From: Eubacteriales bacterium
GTDB lineage: Bacteria > Bacillota > Clostridia > Oscillospirales > CAG-272
DNA: 59,451 nt
Assembly (NCBI GenBank): GCA_045588085.1
Contig: JAZNDN010000002.1
Span: 1-59,451 of the forward strand
Direction of reading: 5' to 3'
The translations under genes and the position numbers were made by a program. Positions within the stretch are counted from its first letter, which is position 1; each line of letters begins with the position of its first letter. The notes below the pieces were generated by a model, which had not been told where the DNA came from, did no database searches, and was given only the letters and a program-made list of their open reading frames with translations. Below, piece after piece: positions 42,410-50,969 of this stretch.

Positions 42410-43393
42410 ATGTATTATATATCGCTTGACCTTGAATGGAATCAGGCTTACGCTCAAAAGGCGCTGGCGGTTCAAAGGCAGCTTTCTCTCAGGCTTCGCG
42501 GTGAGGTTATTCAGATAGGCGCAGTTAAGCTTGATAAGAATATGCAGCCCTGCGGCTCCTATCAGATTATCGTTAAGCCGAAATATTTTAAAAAGCTTCA
42601 CAGGCACGTTTCCGAGCTTACCGGCATTACTCAGGAGATGATGGATATGGGAACACCGCTTCCCGAGGCTGTAAAAAGCTTCCGCAAGTGGTGCGGTAAG
42701 GATTTCGTTTTTCTTACCTGGGGTCCCGATGACATTCCGTTGCTCAAAGAAAATTTCAACGTTCACAAGCTCCCTACCGAATGGCTTGACAGGACCTACG
42801 ACCTCCAGCTTATATTCAACAGGCAGACTGACGGAAGCTCGAAGCAGCGCTCCTTGGAATACGCTATGGAACACTTCGAAATTCCGCAAAGACTCCCTGC
42901 CCACGATGCGCTCAACGATGCGTATTTTACGGCGCTCGTCGCTGCAAAGCTTGACGTACCTGCAGGTATCGCAGGCTACGATTCCCAAAGAGGTGAGCAT
43001 CTCGAAAGCATCGTCATAGGCGATTCCGATGCGGGTGACGAGGGATACGTTACGATAAACGAAATGCTTGAAGACGAAGCGGTTATCAAGCCCGCGTGCC
43101 CGATTTGCAAAAAGCCTTTGGCGCTTCTCGAGCGTCCGCTTCACTCAAAGGGGCAGAAATACACGTTCCTTTATTCCTGCGAAAAAGACGGAAACCTTCT
43201 TATGACGTTGAAGCTTCACAAGAATTTCAATGATACCTGGCGTGCAAGAAAAACCGTAGATATCGCAACCGACGAGCAGCTTCAAAGCTATCACACTGCA
43301 GTTGAAAAGCACAACGTCAGAAAAAAATCCGCAACTCGCAGAAATCGCTCAAGAAGAAAGAAAAATGAGAGTAAAGAGCCGGTTTCGGTGTAA
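42410..43393 (+). CDS. DEDDh 3'-5' exonuclease (ERI-1/KapD-like) with C-terminal putative Zn-binding domain
   Basis: LDLEWNQ, EVIQIGAV, LTGI, WGPDD, HDALNDA; CPIC...C and basic tail. Confidence 0.85.
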   Translation: MYYISLDLEWNQAYAQKALAVQRQLSLRLRGEVIQIGAVKLDKNMQPCGSYQIIVKPKYFKKLHRHVSELTGITQEMMDMGTPLPEAVKSFRKWCGKDFVFLTWGPDDIPLLKENFNVHKLPTEWLDRTYDLQLIFNRQTDGSSKQRSLEYAMEHFEIPQRLPAHDALNDAYFTALVAAKLDVPAGIAGYDSQRGEHLESIVIGDSDAGDEGYVTINEMLEDEAVIKPACPICKKPLALLERPLHSKGQKYTFLYSCEKDGNLLMTLKLHKNFNDTWRARKTVDIATDEQLQSYHTAVEKHNVRKKSATRRNRSRRKKNESKEPVSV

Positions 43394-43435
43394 TTTTCGG
43401 ATTTTTGGCTTTTTAAATATTTTTTTGAAAAGGTA

Positions 43436-43464
43436 TTGCATTTTACAAACTGCTATGATATAAT
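43436..43464 (+). promoter_or_regulatory. Sigma-A promoter for the small peptide gene
   Basis: TTGCAT-17 nt-TATAAT with TGn. Confidence 0.7.
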
Positions 43465-43510
43465 GATAATGCAGTCAGGTATGCAATTTCGATAGTAGGA
43501 GGATTTTTAT

Positions 43511-43657
43511 ATGAAATATGAAGCTCCGATATGCGAAATTTTAAAGTTCGGTAAAGAGGATATACTTACTTTATCTGGCAATGAGGTTGTTGACGATCAG
43601 GTTAAGACCACTTCAGGTATGCAGTGGATGTTTGGCCTTAGCAACCTTAACCACTAA
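43511..43657 (+). CDS. 48-aa peptide, lasso/RiPP precursor-like (not in the ORF track)
   Basis: MKYEAPICEILKFGKEDILTLSGNEVVDDQVKTTSGMQWMFGLSNLNH; own promoter, SD AGGAGG and terminator. Confidence 0.8.
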   Translation: MKYEAPICEILKFGKEDILTLSGNEVVDDQVKTTSGMQWMFGLSNLNH

Positions 43658-43703
43658 GTCAGTATATTAAAATTCTACTGAATTTTAAATAAATTGCATT
43701 TCC

Positions 43704-43745
43704 AACCCCCTTGGTCTTGTCAACCAAGGGGTTCTTTCTTTTTTA
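43704..43745 (+). terminator. Intrinsic terminator of the peptide gene
   Basis: CCCCTTGGT-loop-ACCAAGGGG followed by TTCTTTCTTTTTT. Confidence 0.8.
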
Positions 43746-43930
43746 CGGTCATATTTTGGCATAAACGAAAACAAAACAGACACTTGCTGTTTCATTTATT
43801 TGTCCCCTCATTAATCTCGATGCTGTTTCGTTTAAATGCTGAGGTTGAAAACCGCCTGTTTTCTTCATTTTGAAAATTTGTTTCCTATTTCCGTTTTCTC
43901 CCTCGGCGTACAAAAAACACTAATTAACAT

Positions 43931-43963
43931 AAAAAACGCATCGGAATTCCGATGCGTTTTTTT
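43931..43963 (-). terminator. Terminator downstream of thiT
   Basis: AAAAAACGCATCGGAATTCCGATGCGTTTTTT palindrome. Confidence 0.8.
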
Positions 43964-44008
43964 GCGACTCGCTGTGTGCCGCTGTATAAGATTTCTTCAG
44001 TTCCGGTT

Positions 44009-44893
44009 TCACTCGTCGGCAGAAGCATCGGTACGCTTCATAACGAGCTTTGCGGCAACCGCGAGAGAAGCTGCTGCCAAGATACAAACCGCGCTTACTA
44101 TAATAACCGCAAGCCAGCTCACCGCATATAAATTTGCAAAGGTAAACTCTCCCGTTTCGGCATTCTGAAGATGCGGGAAGATTATTACGGTATCGGCTAT
44201 TACTGCCCCTGTAATTATACTTGCCGCGAGAACCGCAAGAGTTCTCGAAATTTTAGCCTTTGCCATTACCTCGGGTTGAGATAATTTTGCAGTAATGGAA
44301 AACCTTGTAGGCTGCTGCTTTGAAAAATCTATTACAGAACCCAGATATGCAGCTACCGCGGTGTTAACCACCGTTTCGGGTATCATATAGGTTGCATTAT
44401 AGCCGAGCGAATATATGAGTGCCGCCGTGCTTGGTATCGAAAGACCTGCCCAGACGGTTGCTCCTGCGACGGTATGAAGAAAATATCTTATCACGCACAC
44501 GAAAACCATACCCAAAGCGAGCTCTTTCCCCTGTCCGTATGCAATTCCCTTTTCGCGAGAGAACACACCGCGGAACACACCTCCCACGGCAACTGCCATA
44601 AACGCCAGCATGTAATCAAGGAGTATAACTGCGACTACCGATTGCCAACCCGTGACGTAGGATAGGTTATTAAGTCCCAAAAGTTGCTGGATTGCGGCGT
44701 AAACACCGCCTGCGCCAAGTCCCCACAAAATTCCGTTACGATAGCTGAGTATTACCATAGGTAACATTGACGCGAGGGTTACCGAACCGCCATACGGCAT
44801 TTCGATAAGCTTAAAGAGGCTGAGCACTGTGGAAAAGGCTATCATAAGCGAGCTTTCCACAAGCTTTCTTGTTGTCATTGCTGTTTTTGTCAT
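44009..44893 (-). CDS. thiT: Energy-coupled thiamine transporter S component ThiT (C-terminally extended)
   Basis: MPYGGSVTLASMLP, LLDY..AF, RY..H...G...W, YSLGYNATYM.PE; TPP riboswitch upstream. Confidence 0.9.
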   Translation of the reverse strand: MTKTAMTTRKLVESSLMIAFSTVLSLFKLIEMPYGGSVTLASMLPMVILSYRNGILWGLGAGGVYAAIQQLLGLNNLSYVTGWQSVVAVILLDYMLAFMAVAVGGVFRGVFSREKGIAYGQGKELALGMVFVCVIRYFLHTVAGATVWAGLSIPSTAALIYSLGYNATYMIPETVVNTAVAAYLGSVIDFSKQQPTRFSITAKLSQPEVMAKAKISRTLAVLAASIITGAVIADTVIIFPHLQNAETGEFTFANLYAVSWLAVIIVSAVCILAAASLAVAAKLVMKRTDASADE

Positions 44894-45002
44894 TTTTTCT
44901 GCGATATTAATCGCGTCTCGCCTGACCTTTCGGCGAGATTCCTCCTAATAAAATTACCGCACAGAAAATATCCGTGCGGCAGGAGGCTGACAGCGACAGC
45001 CC

Positions 45003-45096
45003 GATAATCTTCCTACGACGGCATTATCCGTATCAGGTCTAAGGGTTCGCCAAGGAAAGTCCTCGGCATCTCAGCGTAAAGCACCCCCGATATATT
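45003..45096 (-). ncRNA. TPP riboswitch
   Basis: Minus strand GGGGGTGC...GCTGAGA...ACCCTTAGACCTGATACGGATAATGCCGTCGTAGGAAG. Confidence 0.93.
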
Positions 45097-45155
45097 CTTA
45101 TGCGGTTGATTTGATTATAGCACGGCTCGCCGACTTTGTCAAGAAGCTCTGTGCA

Positions 45156-45776
45156 TTATTTTCTCAGCATAATCAGAAGCGCACCGCGTAGTACTTCTAT
45201 CTCTACATGTTCTGACGCAAATGAGTTAGAAACTCCGAGAGGGAAATCAGGCGTCAGAGTTATATTTTCCGCCTTGTATTTCGCGCCCTTTACGGTAACC
45301 CCCTCGGCATTTCCGCCTAGTGCGAAAACCGACACGCCATGATACTTACCGCGCGAAATGGTTATCTTTTCGTTCTCTATGACTAAAAACTCTTCGTCTT
45401 CCGTTACAAGTCTTGCCCGCAGCCCTGAGCGTTTGGCATAAAGCAGGGTGCAAATATTTGCAAAAGTATGGTCGCTGCGTCCGCCGACACCGCCTAAAAT
45501 TACGAAATCCTTATATCCGCGTGACGCTCCCTCAATAAGTGATAAGTGAGTGTCTGTTTCGTCCTTTTCTATCTTAAATTTCTTTATTTCAACGTCATTC
45601 GGAACGTCGCTTACAGAATCCATATCTCCGATAATGAGCGTAGGCACAATGCCGGCACGGACGAGGCTGTCGTAGCCTCCGTCGGCTGCTATTACCATAT
45701 CTGCAGAAGATGGTGCTACGTGAAGACTACATTCGGCTGCGCCGACTATGTAGCATATACCGTTACTGTTTTCCAA
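45156..45776 (-). CDS. thiN: Thiamine diphosphokinase
   Basis: IAADGG, IGDMDS, EKDETDT, GGVGGRSDHTFAN, LGVSN. Confidence 0.92.
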   Translation of the reverse strand: MENSNGICYIVGAAECSLHVAPSSADMVIAADGGYDSLVRAGIVPTLIIGDMDSVSDVPNDVEIKKFKIEKDETDTHLSLIEGASRGYKDFVILGGVGGRSDHTFANICTLLYAKRSGLRARLVTEDEEFLVIENEKITISRGKYHGVSVFALGGNAEGVTVKGAKYKAENITLTPDFPLGVSNSFASEHVEIEVLRGALLIMLRK

Positions 45777-45812
45777 TTTGTTTTCACCTTCGGTTATTAT
45801 TATAGATGCTTC

Positions 45813-47114
45813 TTACCATTCGGCAGACTCTTGCTCCGGATGCCTGTCTGTCATCTCGTCAATAGCACGCATAACGCCAAGCTTGCCGTATTCGTAGGTA
45901 AGACCGCCCTGCATATATGCAGTGAACGGCTCGACAAGCGGTCCGTCGCAGCTGAGCTCATTTGTTGCACCTGTTATAAAGGTACCTGCGGCGCTGACCT
46001 CAAGGTGAGGATATCCTGGCATTTCGGACGGATAAGGCGTCGCATACGCCTCAACAGGCGAGCCCTTCTGTATACCCGTGCAGAATTTTATAAGCTTTTC
46101 AGCGCAGCCGAAATCTGCAGTTTGCACGATATCGGTACGCTTCTCGTCATATCTCGGGCTGACACCGTCAAATCCGCAAAGCTCAAGCATTCTCGCCGCG
46201 AACACCATAGATTTGAGAGTCGAAGCGACGGCGGCAGGCGCCATAAACAGTCCCTTATAATAGGAAGCCAGCTGATTGAAATTGGCTCCGAGGTCCTTTC
46301 CTATACACGGCGCGCTGAAGCGCTCGGCAATATCAGCAATAGCCTCGCGTGTTCCGACGCAATATGCACCGCTGGTTGCGAAGCCCGAGCCGAGATTTTT
46401 CATCATAGAGCCAACGAAAACATCGGCACCGACTGCGGTAGGCTCTCTTTCCTCGGTAAATTCTCCGTAGCAGTTGTCAACCATAACCAAGGTGTCCGGG
46501 CAAGCTTCCTTGACTGCCTTTATTGCTCTTTCGATTTTATCGATAGTCAGGCTCTTTCTTCTTGAATAGCCGCGGCTTCTCTGAATAGCCGCCACTCTGA
46601 CGTCACCCTTTGATATTCTGGCTTTAATGGCATCTATATCGAAATCATCGTCCACAAGGTCGATTTCCTCATATTTAAGTCCGCGCTTTATGAGAGAATT
46701 TCTGCTATCGCCTGAGGTTCCTATAACGCTTCTGAGCGTATCATACGGCTCTCCGCTTATATAAACCAGCACGTCCCCTGCCTTGAGAAGCCCGTCAAGC
46801 GTTACTGCGAGAGCGTGAGTTCCCGACATAAGCTGAGGACGAACAAGAGCATCCTCCGCATCGAAGACCCTCGCATAGATTTGCTCGAGCTTATCTCTTC
46901 CGGGGTCTGAGTATCCGTATCCGGTTATATCTATAAAGTCCGAGGAAGACACACGGCACGCCTGAAACGCCTCAAGAACCTTTGCTGAGGCGAGCATAGC
47001 GTTCATCTCTATTTTTTTAAATTCGTCAAGGCAGTCTGCCTCAGCACGCTGCGCAAGAGCTATCGTTTCGTTACTTATGGGATAACCATAATAACTGTTC
47101 TGTCGGTTTTTCAT
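45813..47114 (-). CDS. Methionine gamma-lyase family PLP enzyme (YnbB/aluminium-resistance-like)
   Basis: TGYGYSDPGRD, SGTHAL, IQRSRGY, VDNCYGEF, GSMMKNLG, ELSCDGP. Confidence 0.88.
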   Translation of the reverse strand: MKNRQNSYYGYPISNETIALAQRAEADCLDEFKKIEMNAMLASAKVLEAFQACRVSSSDFIDITGYGYSDPGRDKLEQIYARVFDAEDALVRPQLMSGTHALAVTLDGLLKAGDVLVYISGEPYDTLRSVIGTSGDSRNSLIKRGLKYEEIDLVDDDFDIDAIKARISKGDVRVAAIQRSRGYSRRKSLTIDKIERAIKAVKEACPDTLVMVDNCYGEFTEEREPTAVGADVFVGSMMKNLGSGFATSGAYCVGTREAIADIAERFSAPCIGKDLGANFNQLASYYKGLFMAPAAVASTLKSMVFAARMLELCGFDGVSPRYDEKRTDIVQTADFGCAEKLIKFCTGIQKGSPVEAYATPYPSEMPGYPHLEVSAAGTFITGATNELSCDGPLVEPFTAYMQGGLTYEYGKLGVMRAIDEMTDRHPEQESAEW

Positions 47115-47139
47115 ATATTTCTCCCTGCTGTATTAAAAA

Positions 47140-47841
47140 TCAAGACTCCCTATTTGCTATATCCGCAAGCACGGATTTGAGGTCGGAAAGCTTGGAAATT
47201 CTATATTCTGCGGCGGTTTCTTTTAACACGCCCCCCGGCTTTTCGAACAGACAGGTATGGATACCTGCGTTTATTCCGCCCCTGATATCCGACGACTCGC
47301 TATCCCCTACGACAATAACCTCAAGAGGATTATTAGCCCCCATAGCCTTAAGGCAGGCATCAAAATATTCCCTTGCGGGTTTGGTATAGCCAAGCTCCTC
47401 GGATATAAAAATATAATCCACTTTATCCCGAAGCCTGCCTTCAGATATTCTTTTCTTCTGAACTCTGGCAGTTCCGTTAGTCGCTACCGCAACGGTATAT
47501 TTCCCTCTCAGATACGTCAACAGCTCCTCGGCACCGTCAAAGAACACAGCACTTTTCGAAAGATGCGCCTCGTATAAATCCCTCACCTCACTCGGTATGT
47601 GGGGCTTGCCAAGCTCGGTGAAAAATCGGCGAAAACGCTCAACCAAAATTTCCTCTCGCGCCATTTTTCCCTCTTCGAGCATTTGCCAACATTCGCGGTT
47701 AATCTCGCTGTACCGCTTTATGTGATGCGGGTTCGGCGGTATATCATACGCCAAGAGAACGGCAGTAATAGCTGCGACCTCGGCACTTTTAAAATCATAT
47801 AGAGTATCGTCAAGGTCAAGAAGAATATATTTTATCGACAT
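47140..47841 (-). CDS. HAD hydrolase, YjjG-like nucleotidase
   Basis: DLDDTLYDF, TNG, ISEELGYTKP, VGDSESSDIRGG. Confidence 0.88.
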   Translation of the reverse strand: MSIKYILLDLDDTLYDFKSAEVAAITAVLLAYDIPPNPHHIKRYSEINRECWQMLEEGKMAREEILVERFRRFFTELGKPHIPSEVRDLYEAHLSKSAVFFDGAEELLTYLRGKYTVAVATNGTARVQKKRISEGRLRDKVDYIFISEELGYTKPAREYFDACLKAMGANNPLEVIVVGDSESSDIRGGINAGIHTCLFEKPGGVLKETAAEYRISKLSDLKSVLADIANRES

Positions 47842-47959
47842 TTTTCTCCCTTTCTGCCATGCTGCTTGATTGAAAATTTTTGCGTTTGTGTCAAACACAT
47901 TATATTTTAACAATATTTTATAGAAAAAGCAATAGTTTCGTCTGAAAATTGCGCCTTAC

Positions 47960-47988
47960 TTGACAAACTGTATGCAAAGTAGTAAAAT
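47960..47988 (+). promoter_or_regulatory. Sigma-A promoter of trkAH
   Basis: TTGACA-17 nt-TAAAAT. Confidence 0.7.
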
Positions 47989-48035
47989 AGAAGCAATCGG
48001 TCCAACTAATTCCATTCTTACAAAAGGATACACAT

Positions 48036-49394
48036 ATGAAGATTATTATAATCGGTGCGGGCGGCGTCGGTACGGCGATATGCGCTCAGCTTGCGCTTGA
48101 AAACCATGCAATTACTGTTATTGACAAAGACCGCTCTACTCTTACCGAGGTAGCGAATGCATACGACGTAACGGCTCTGCTCGGTAACGGTGCAGACATT
48201 TCGGTTTTAAAGGATGCCGGTGCCTCCAAGGCTGATATGCTCATTGCGGTCACAAACGAGGACGAGCTTAACATTCTGTGTTGCTTTGCTGCAAAAAAAC
48301 TCGGCACGAGGCACACCGTTGCCAGAGTTCGCAACCCCGAGTATTCCGAGTTTATGAATCTGATGAAGGACGACATAAACCTATCGCTTACTATCAATCC
48401 CGAGTATGCCGTATCAAAGGAGATATACAGAATTCTGCGCTGTCCGTCTGCGGCAAGACTTGAGAGCTTCTGCGGCGGTCTTGTTGACCTTGCGGAATTT
48501 ACCGTCACCGAGAACTCGGCACTTATCGGCTCCTCGCTGTTCGAGCTTCGGGAAAAACTGGGAATAAAGTTTTTGGTTTGTTCGGTCAAAAGAGGCGAAG
48601 CAGTATACATTCCCTCCGGTGATTTCGTTATTTCCGAGGGTGATATTCTCGGAGTCACGGCAGATGAGAGCGAGATAAATAAGCTGTTCAAGGCTGCAGG
48701 CTGCTATCAGAAACCGGTTGGAGAGCTGCTTATCACCGGTGGCGGAAGAACTACCTATTATCTTGCGGAGCTTCTCAAAAAGCATAATCTGAACACCGTA
48801 GTCGTTGAGCGTGACAGAGCACTTTGCGAAGCACTTGCTGCTGAATTCCCCTCACTGACGGTGATTAACGGCAACGTAACCTCTCAGGAAATTCTGCTCG
48901 AAGAGGGTATTCGCAATGCAGATGCATTCCTTGCGCTTTCCGCAATAGACGAGGAGAACGCCATAGTTTCTATGTTCGCCAAAACCGTGAACGTTCCAAA
49001 GGTGGTTACCATGATATCCTCTCTGCCTTATATCGACCTGTTCAGTTCGGTTGGAATTGAGAGCATAGTTTCACCGAAATCCAGCACGGTCAGCTATATT
49101 CTGCGTTTCGTTCGCTCATTTGCCGCATCTGACGGCTCGGAAATAGAATCTCTGCACAAAATGATGAACGGCAAAACCGAGGCTCTTGAATTCAAAATAA
49201 ACGAAGCGGTTGCAGGCATTACCGACATTCCGCTCAAAAAGCTTAAGAAGAAGGCGGATTGCCTCGTATGCTGCATAGTTCGCGATGAAAACGTTATAAT
49301 TCCCTCAGGTAACGATTCGATTCAAAAGGGTGACACGGTTGTGGTCATAAGCCTTGAGGGCAAAATGAACAGTATTAAGGATATTATCGAATAA
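48036..49394 (+). CDS. trkA: Trk potassium uptake regulatory subunit
   Basis: Two RCK domains (IIIGAGGVG; ITGGGR), DELNIL, ARVRNPEY. Confidence 0.93.
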   Translation: MKIIIIGAGGVGTAICAQLALENHAITVIDKDRSTLTEVANAYDVTALLGNGADISVLKDAGASKADMLIAVTNEDELNILCCFAAKKLGTRHTVARVRNPEYSEFMNLMKDDINLSLTINPEYAVSKEIYRILRCPSAARLESFCGGLVDLAEFTVTENSALIGSSLFELREKLGIKFLVCSVKRGEAVYIPSGDFVISEGDILGVTADESEINKLFKAAGCYQKPVGELLITGGGRTTYYLAELLKKHNLNTVVVERDRALCEALAAEFPSLTVINGNVTSQEILLEEGIRNADAFLALSAIDEENAIVSMFAKTVNVPKVVTMISSLPYIDLFSSVGIESIVSPKSSTVSYILRFVRSFAASDGSEIESLHKMMNGKTEALEFKINEAVAGITDIPLKKLKKKADCLVCCIVRDENVIIPSGNDSIQKGDTVVVISLEGKMNSIKDIIE

Positions 49395-50884
49395 TGAATT
49401 ACAAGTTATTAGGAAAGCTATTCGGATTCGTGCTTGCGATTGAAGCCGGACTCTTGCTCTTGCCACTTCTTGTGAGCGCGGTTTTTGGTGAATCGGTTCT
49501 TCCGTACGTCTATACAATAGCAATTCTTCTTTTGGTATCCGTACCTCTCATCCTTATTCGTCCAAGCGAGCACAAAATATACGCAAAAGAGGGATTTGTG
49601 TGCGTTGCCGGAAGCTGGATTCTGCTTTCGCTTTTCGGTGCATTGCCGTTTGTATTCGACAACGCCATTCCAAACTATATTAACGCACTTTTTGAAACCG
49701 TTTCCGGTTTCACTACAACCGGAGCAACTATTCTTACAGATATAGAGAGTCTTAACCGAGGAATTTTATTCTGGAGAAGCTTCACGCACTGGATAGGCGG
49801 TATGGGAATTCTGGTATTCATGCTTGCTATTGTACCCAGTCTTGGCGGAAATGCCATACACATAATGCGCGCTGAGGTTCCCGGACCGACCAAGGATAAG
49901 CTGGTACCGAAAGCGAAGCAAACGGCACTTATACTCTACGGAATATATATTTTCCTGACCGTCGCAGAGGCGATTGCTCTGCTGATTTCCGGACTCGGAT
50001 TTTATGACTCTGCAGTAACTGCTTTATCTACTGCCGGTACCGGTGGATTTTCGGTTAAAAACGCATCAATAGCAGGATACAATAATCCCGCAGCTGAGTG
50101 GATAGTAGCAATATTTATGCTGATATTCGGTATAAATTTCAATATGTATTTCTTCATAATAGTAAAAAAGCTACGCCCCGTGCTAAAGAACGAAGAGTTT
50201 AGAATTTACATTCTTCTCACTGCGCTGGCAACAGTGCTTATAACCGTCAACGTATGGCATAACGTCGGTGACCAATTTTCAGGAATCAGTGAGTGCATAA
50301 GAACCGCATTCTTCCAGATTACCTCTATTATGTCAACCACCGGTTTTGTAACAACCGATTACAATGCTCTTTGGCCTGAATTTTCAAAGATTCTTATAGT
50401 TTTCCTGACACTTCTCGGTGCCTGTGCAGGTTCCACCGCCGGCGGACTTAAGATGTCAAGATTCATAATCCTTCTTAAGACGGTTGGACTTAACGTAAAG
50501 CGTGTGCTTAAACCGCACTCAATTAACACTTTGCGGCTTGACGGTGAAGCGCTTTCCGACGACACCGAAAAAAACGTTACTACGTATTTCGCCCTTTACG
50601 TTATGCTCATAATCGGATTTACTCTTCTGATATCGGTTGACGGAAAGGATTTTACAACCACGGTAACCTCGGTTATTACCTGCTTTAATAACGTAGGTCC
50701 CGGTCTTGCGGAGGTTGGCCCCGTAGGTAACTTTGCCGGATTTTCCTATTACTCGAAAATCGTGCTTTCGATTGCGATGCTTTTCGGCAGACTTGAGATT
50801 ATCCCGATGCTGATAATGCTCTCACCTTCAACCTGGCGCAAGAGTTTCCGCGCAAATTCAAAAAAGATAAGTACGGCAAAATAA
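49394..50884 (+). CDS. trkH: Trk potassium uptake membrane subunit
   Basis: FETVSGFTTTG, WIGGMG, TAGTGGF, STTGF, GSTAGGLK, NNVGPG, GRLEI. Confidence 0.93.
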   Translation: MNYKLLGKLFGFVLAIEAGLLLLPLLVSAVFGESVLPYVYTIAILLLVSVPLILIRPSEHKIYAKEGFVCVAGSWILLSLFGALPFVFDNAIPNYINALFETVSGFTTTGATILTDIESLNRGILFWRSFTHWIGGMGILVFMLAIVPSLGGNAIHIMRAEVPGPTKDKLVPKAKQTALILYGIYIFLTVAEAIALLISGLGFYDSAVTALSTAGTGGFSVKNASIAGYNNPAAEWIVAIFMLIFGINFNMYFFIIVKKLRPVLKNEEFRIYILLTALATVLITVNVWHNVGDQFSGISECIRTAFFQITSIMSTTGFVTTDYNALWPEFSKILIVFLTLLGACAGSTAGGLKMSRFIILLKTVGLNVKRVLKPHSINTLRLDGEALSDDTEKNVTTYFALYVMLIIGFTLLISVDGKDFTTTVTSVITCFNNVGPGLAEVGPVGNFAGFSYYSKIVLSIAMLFGRLEIIPMLIMLSPSTWRKSFRANSKKISTAK

Positions 50885-50885
50885 C

Positions 50886-50927
50886 AAAAACGGAATACCG
50901 ACCTTCTGCGGTTCGGTGTTCCGTTTT
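50886..50927. terminator. Terminator after trkH
   Basis: AAAACGGAATACCGA...TCGGTGTTCCGTTTT. Confidence 0.75.
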
Positions 50928-50969
50928 CGTTTGCTTTTTGACACGACCCGGTATTAACCGGTGTTTTAT

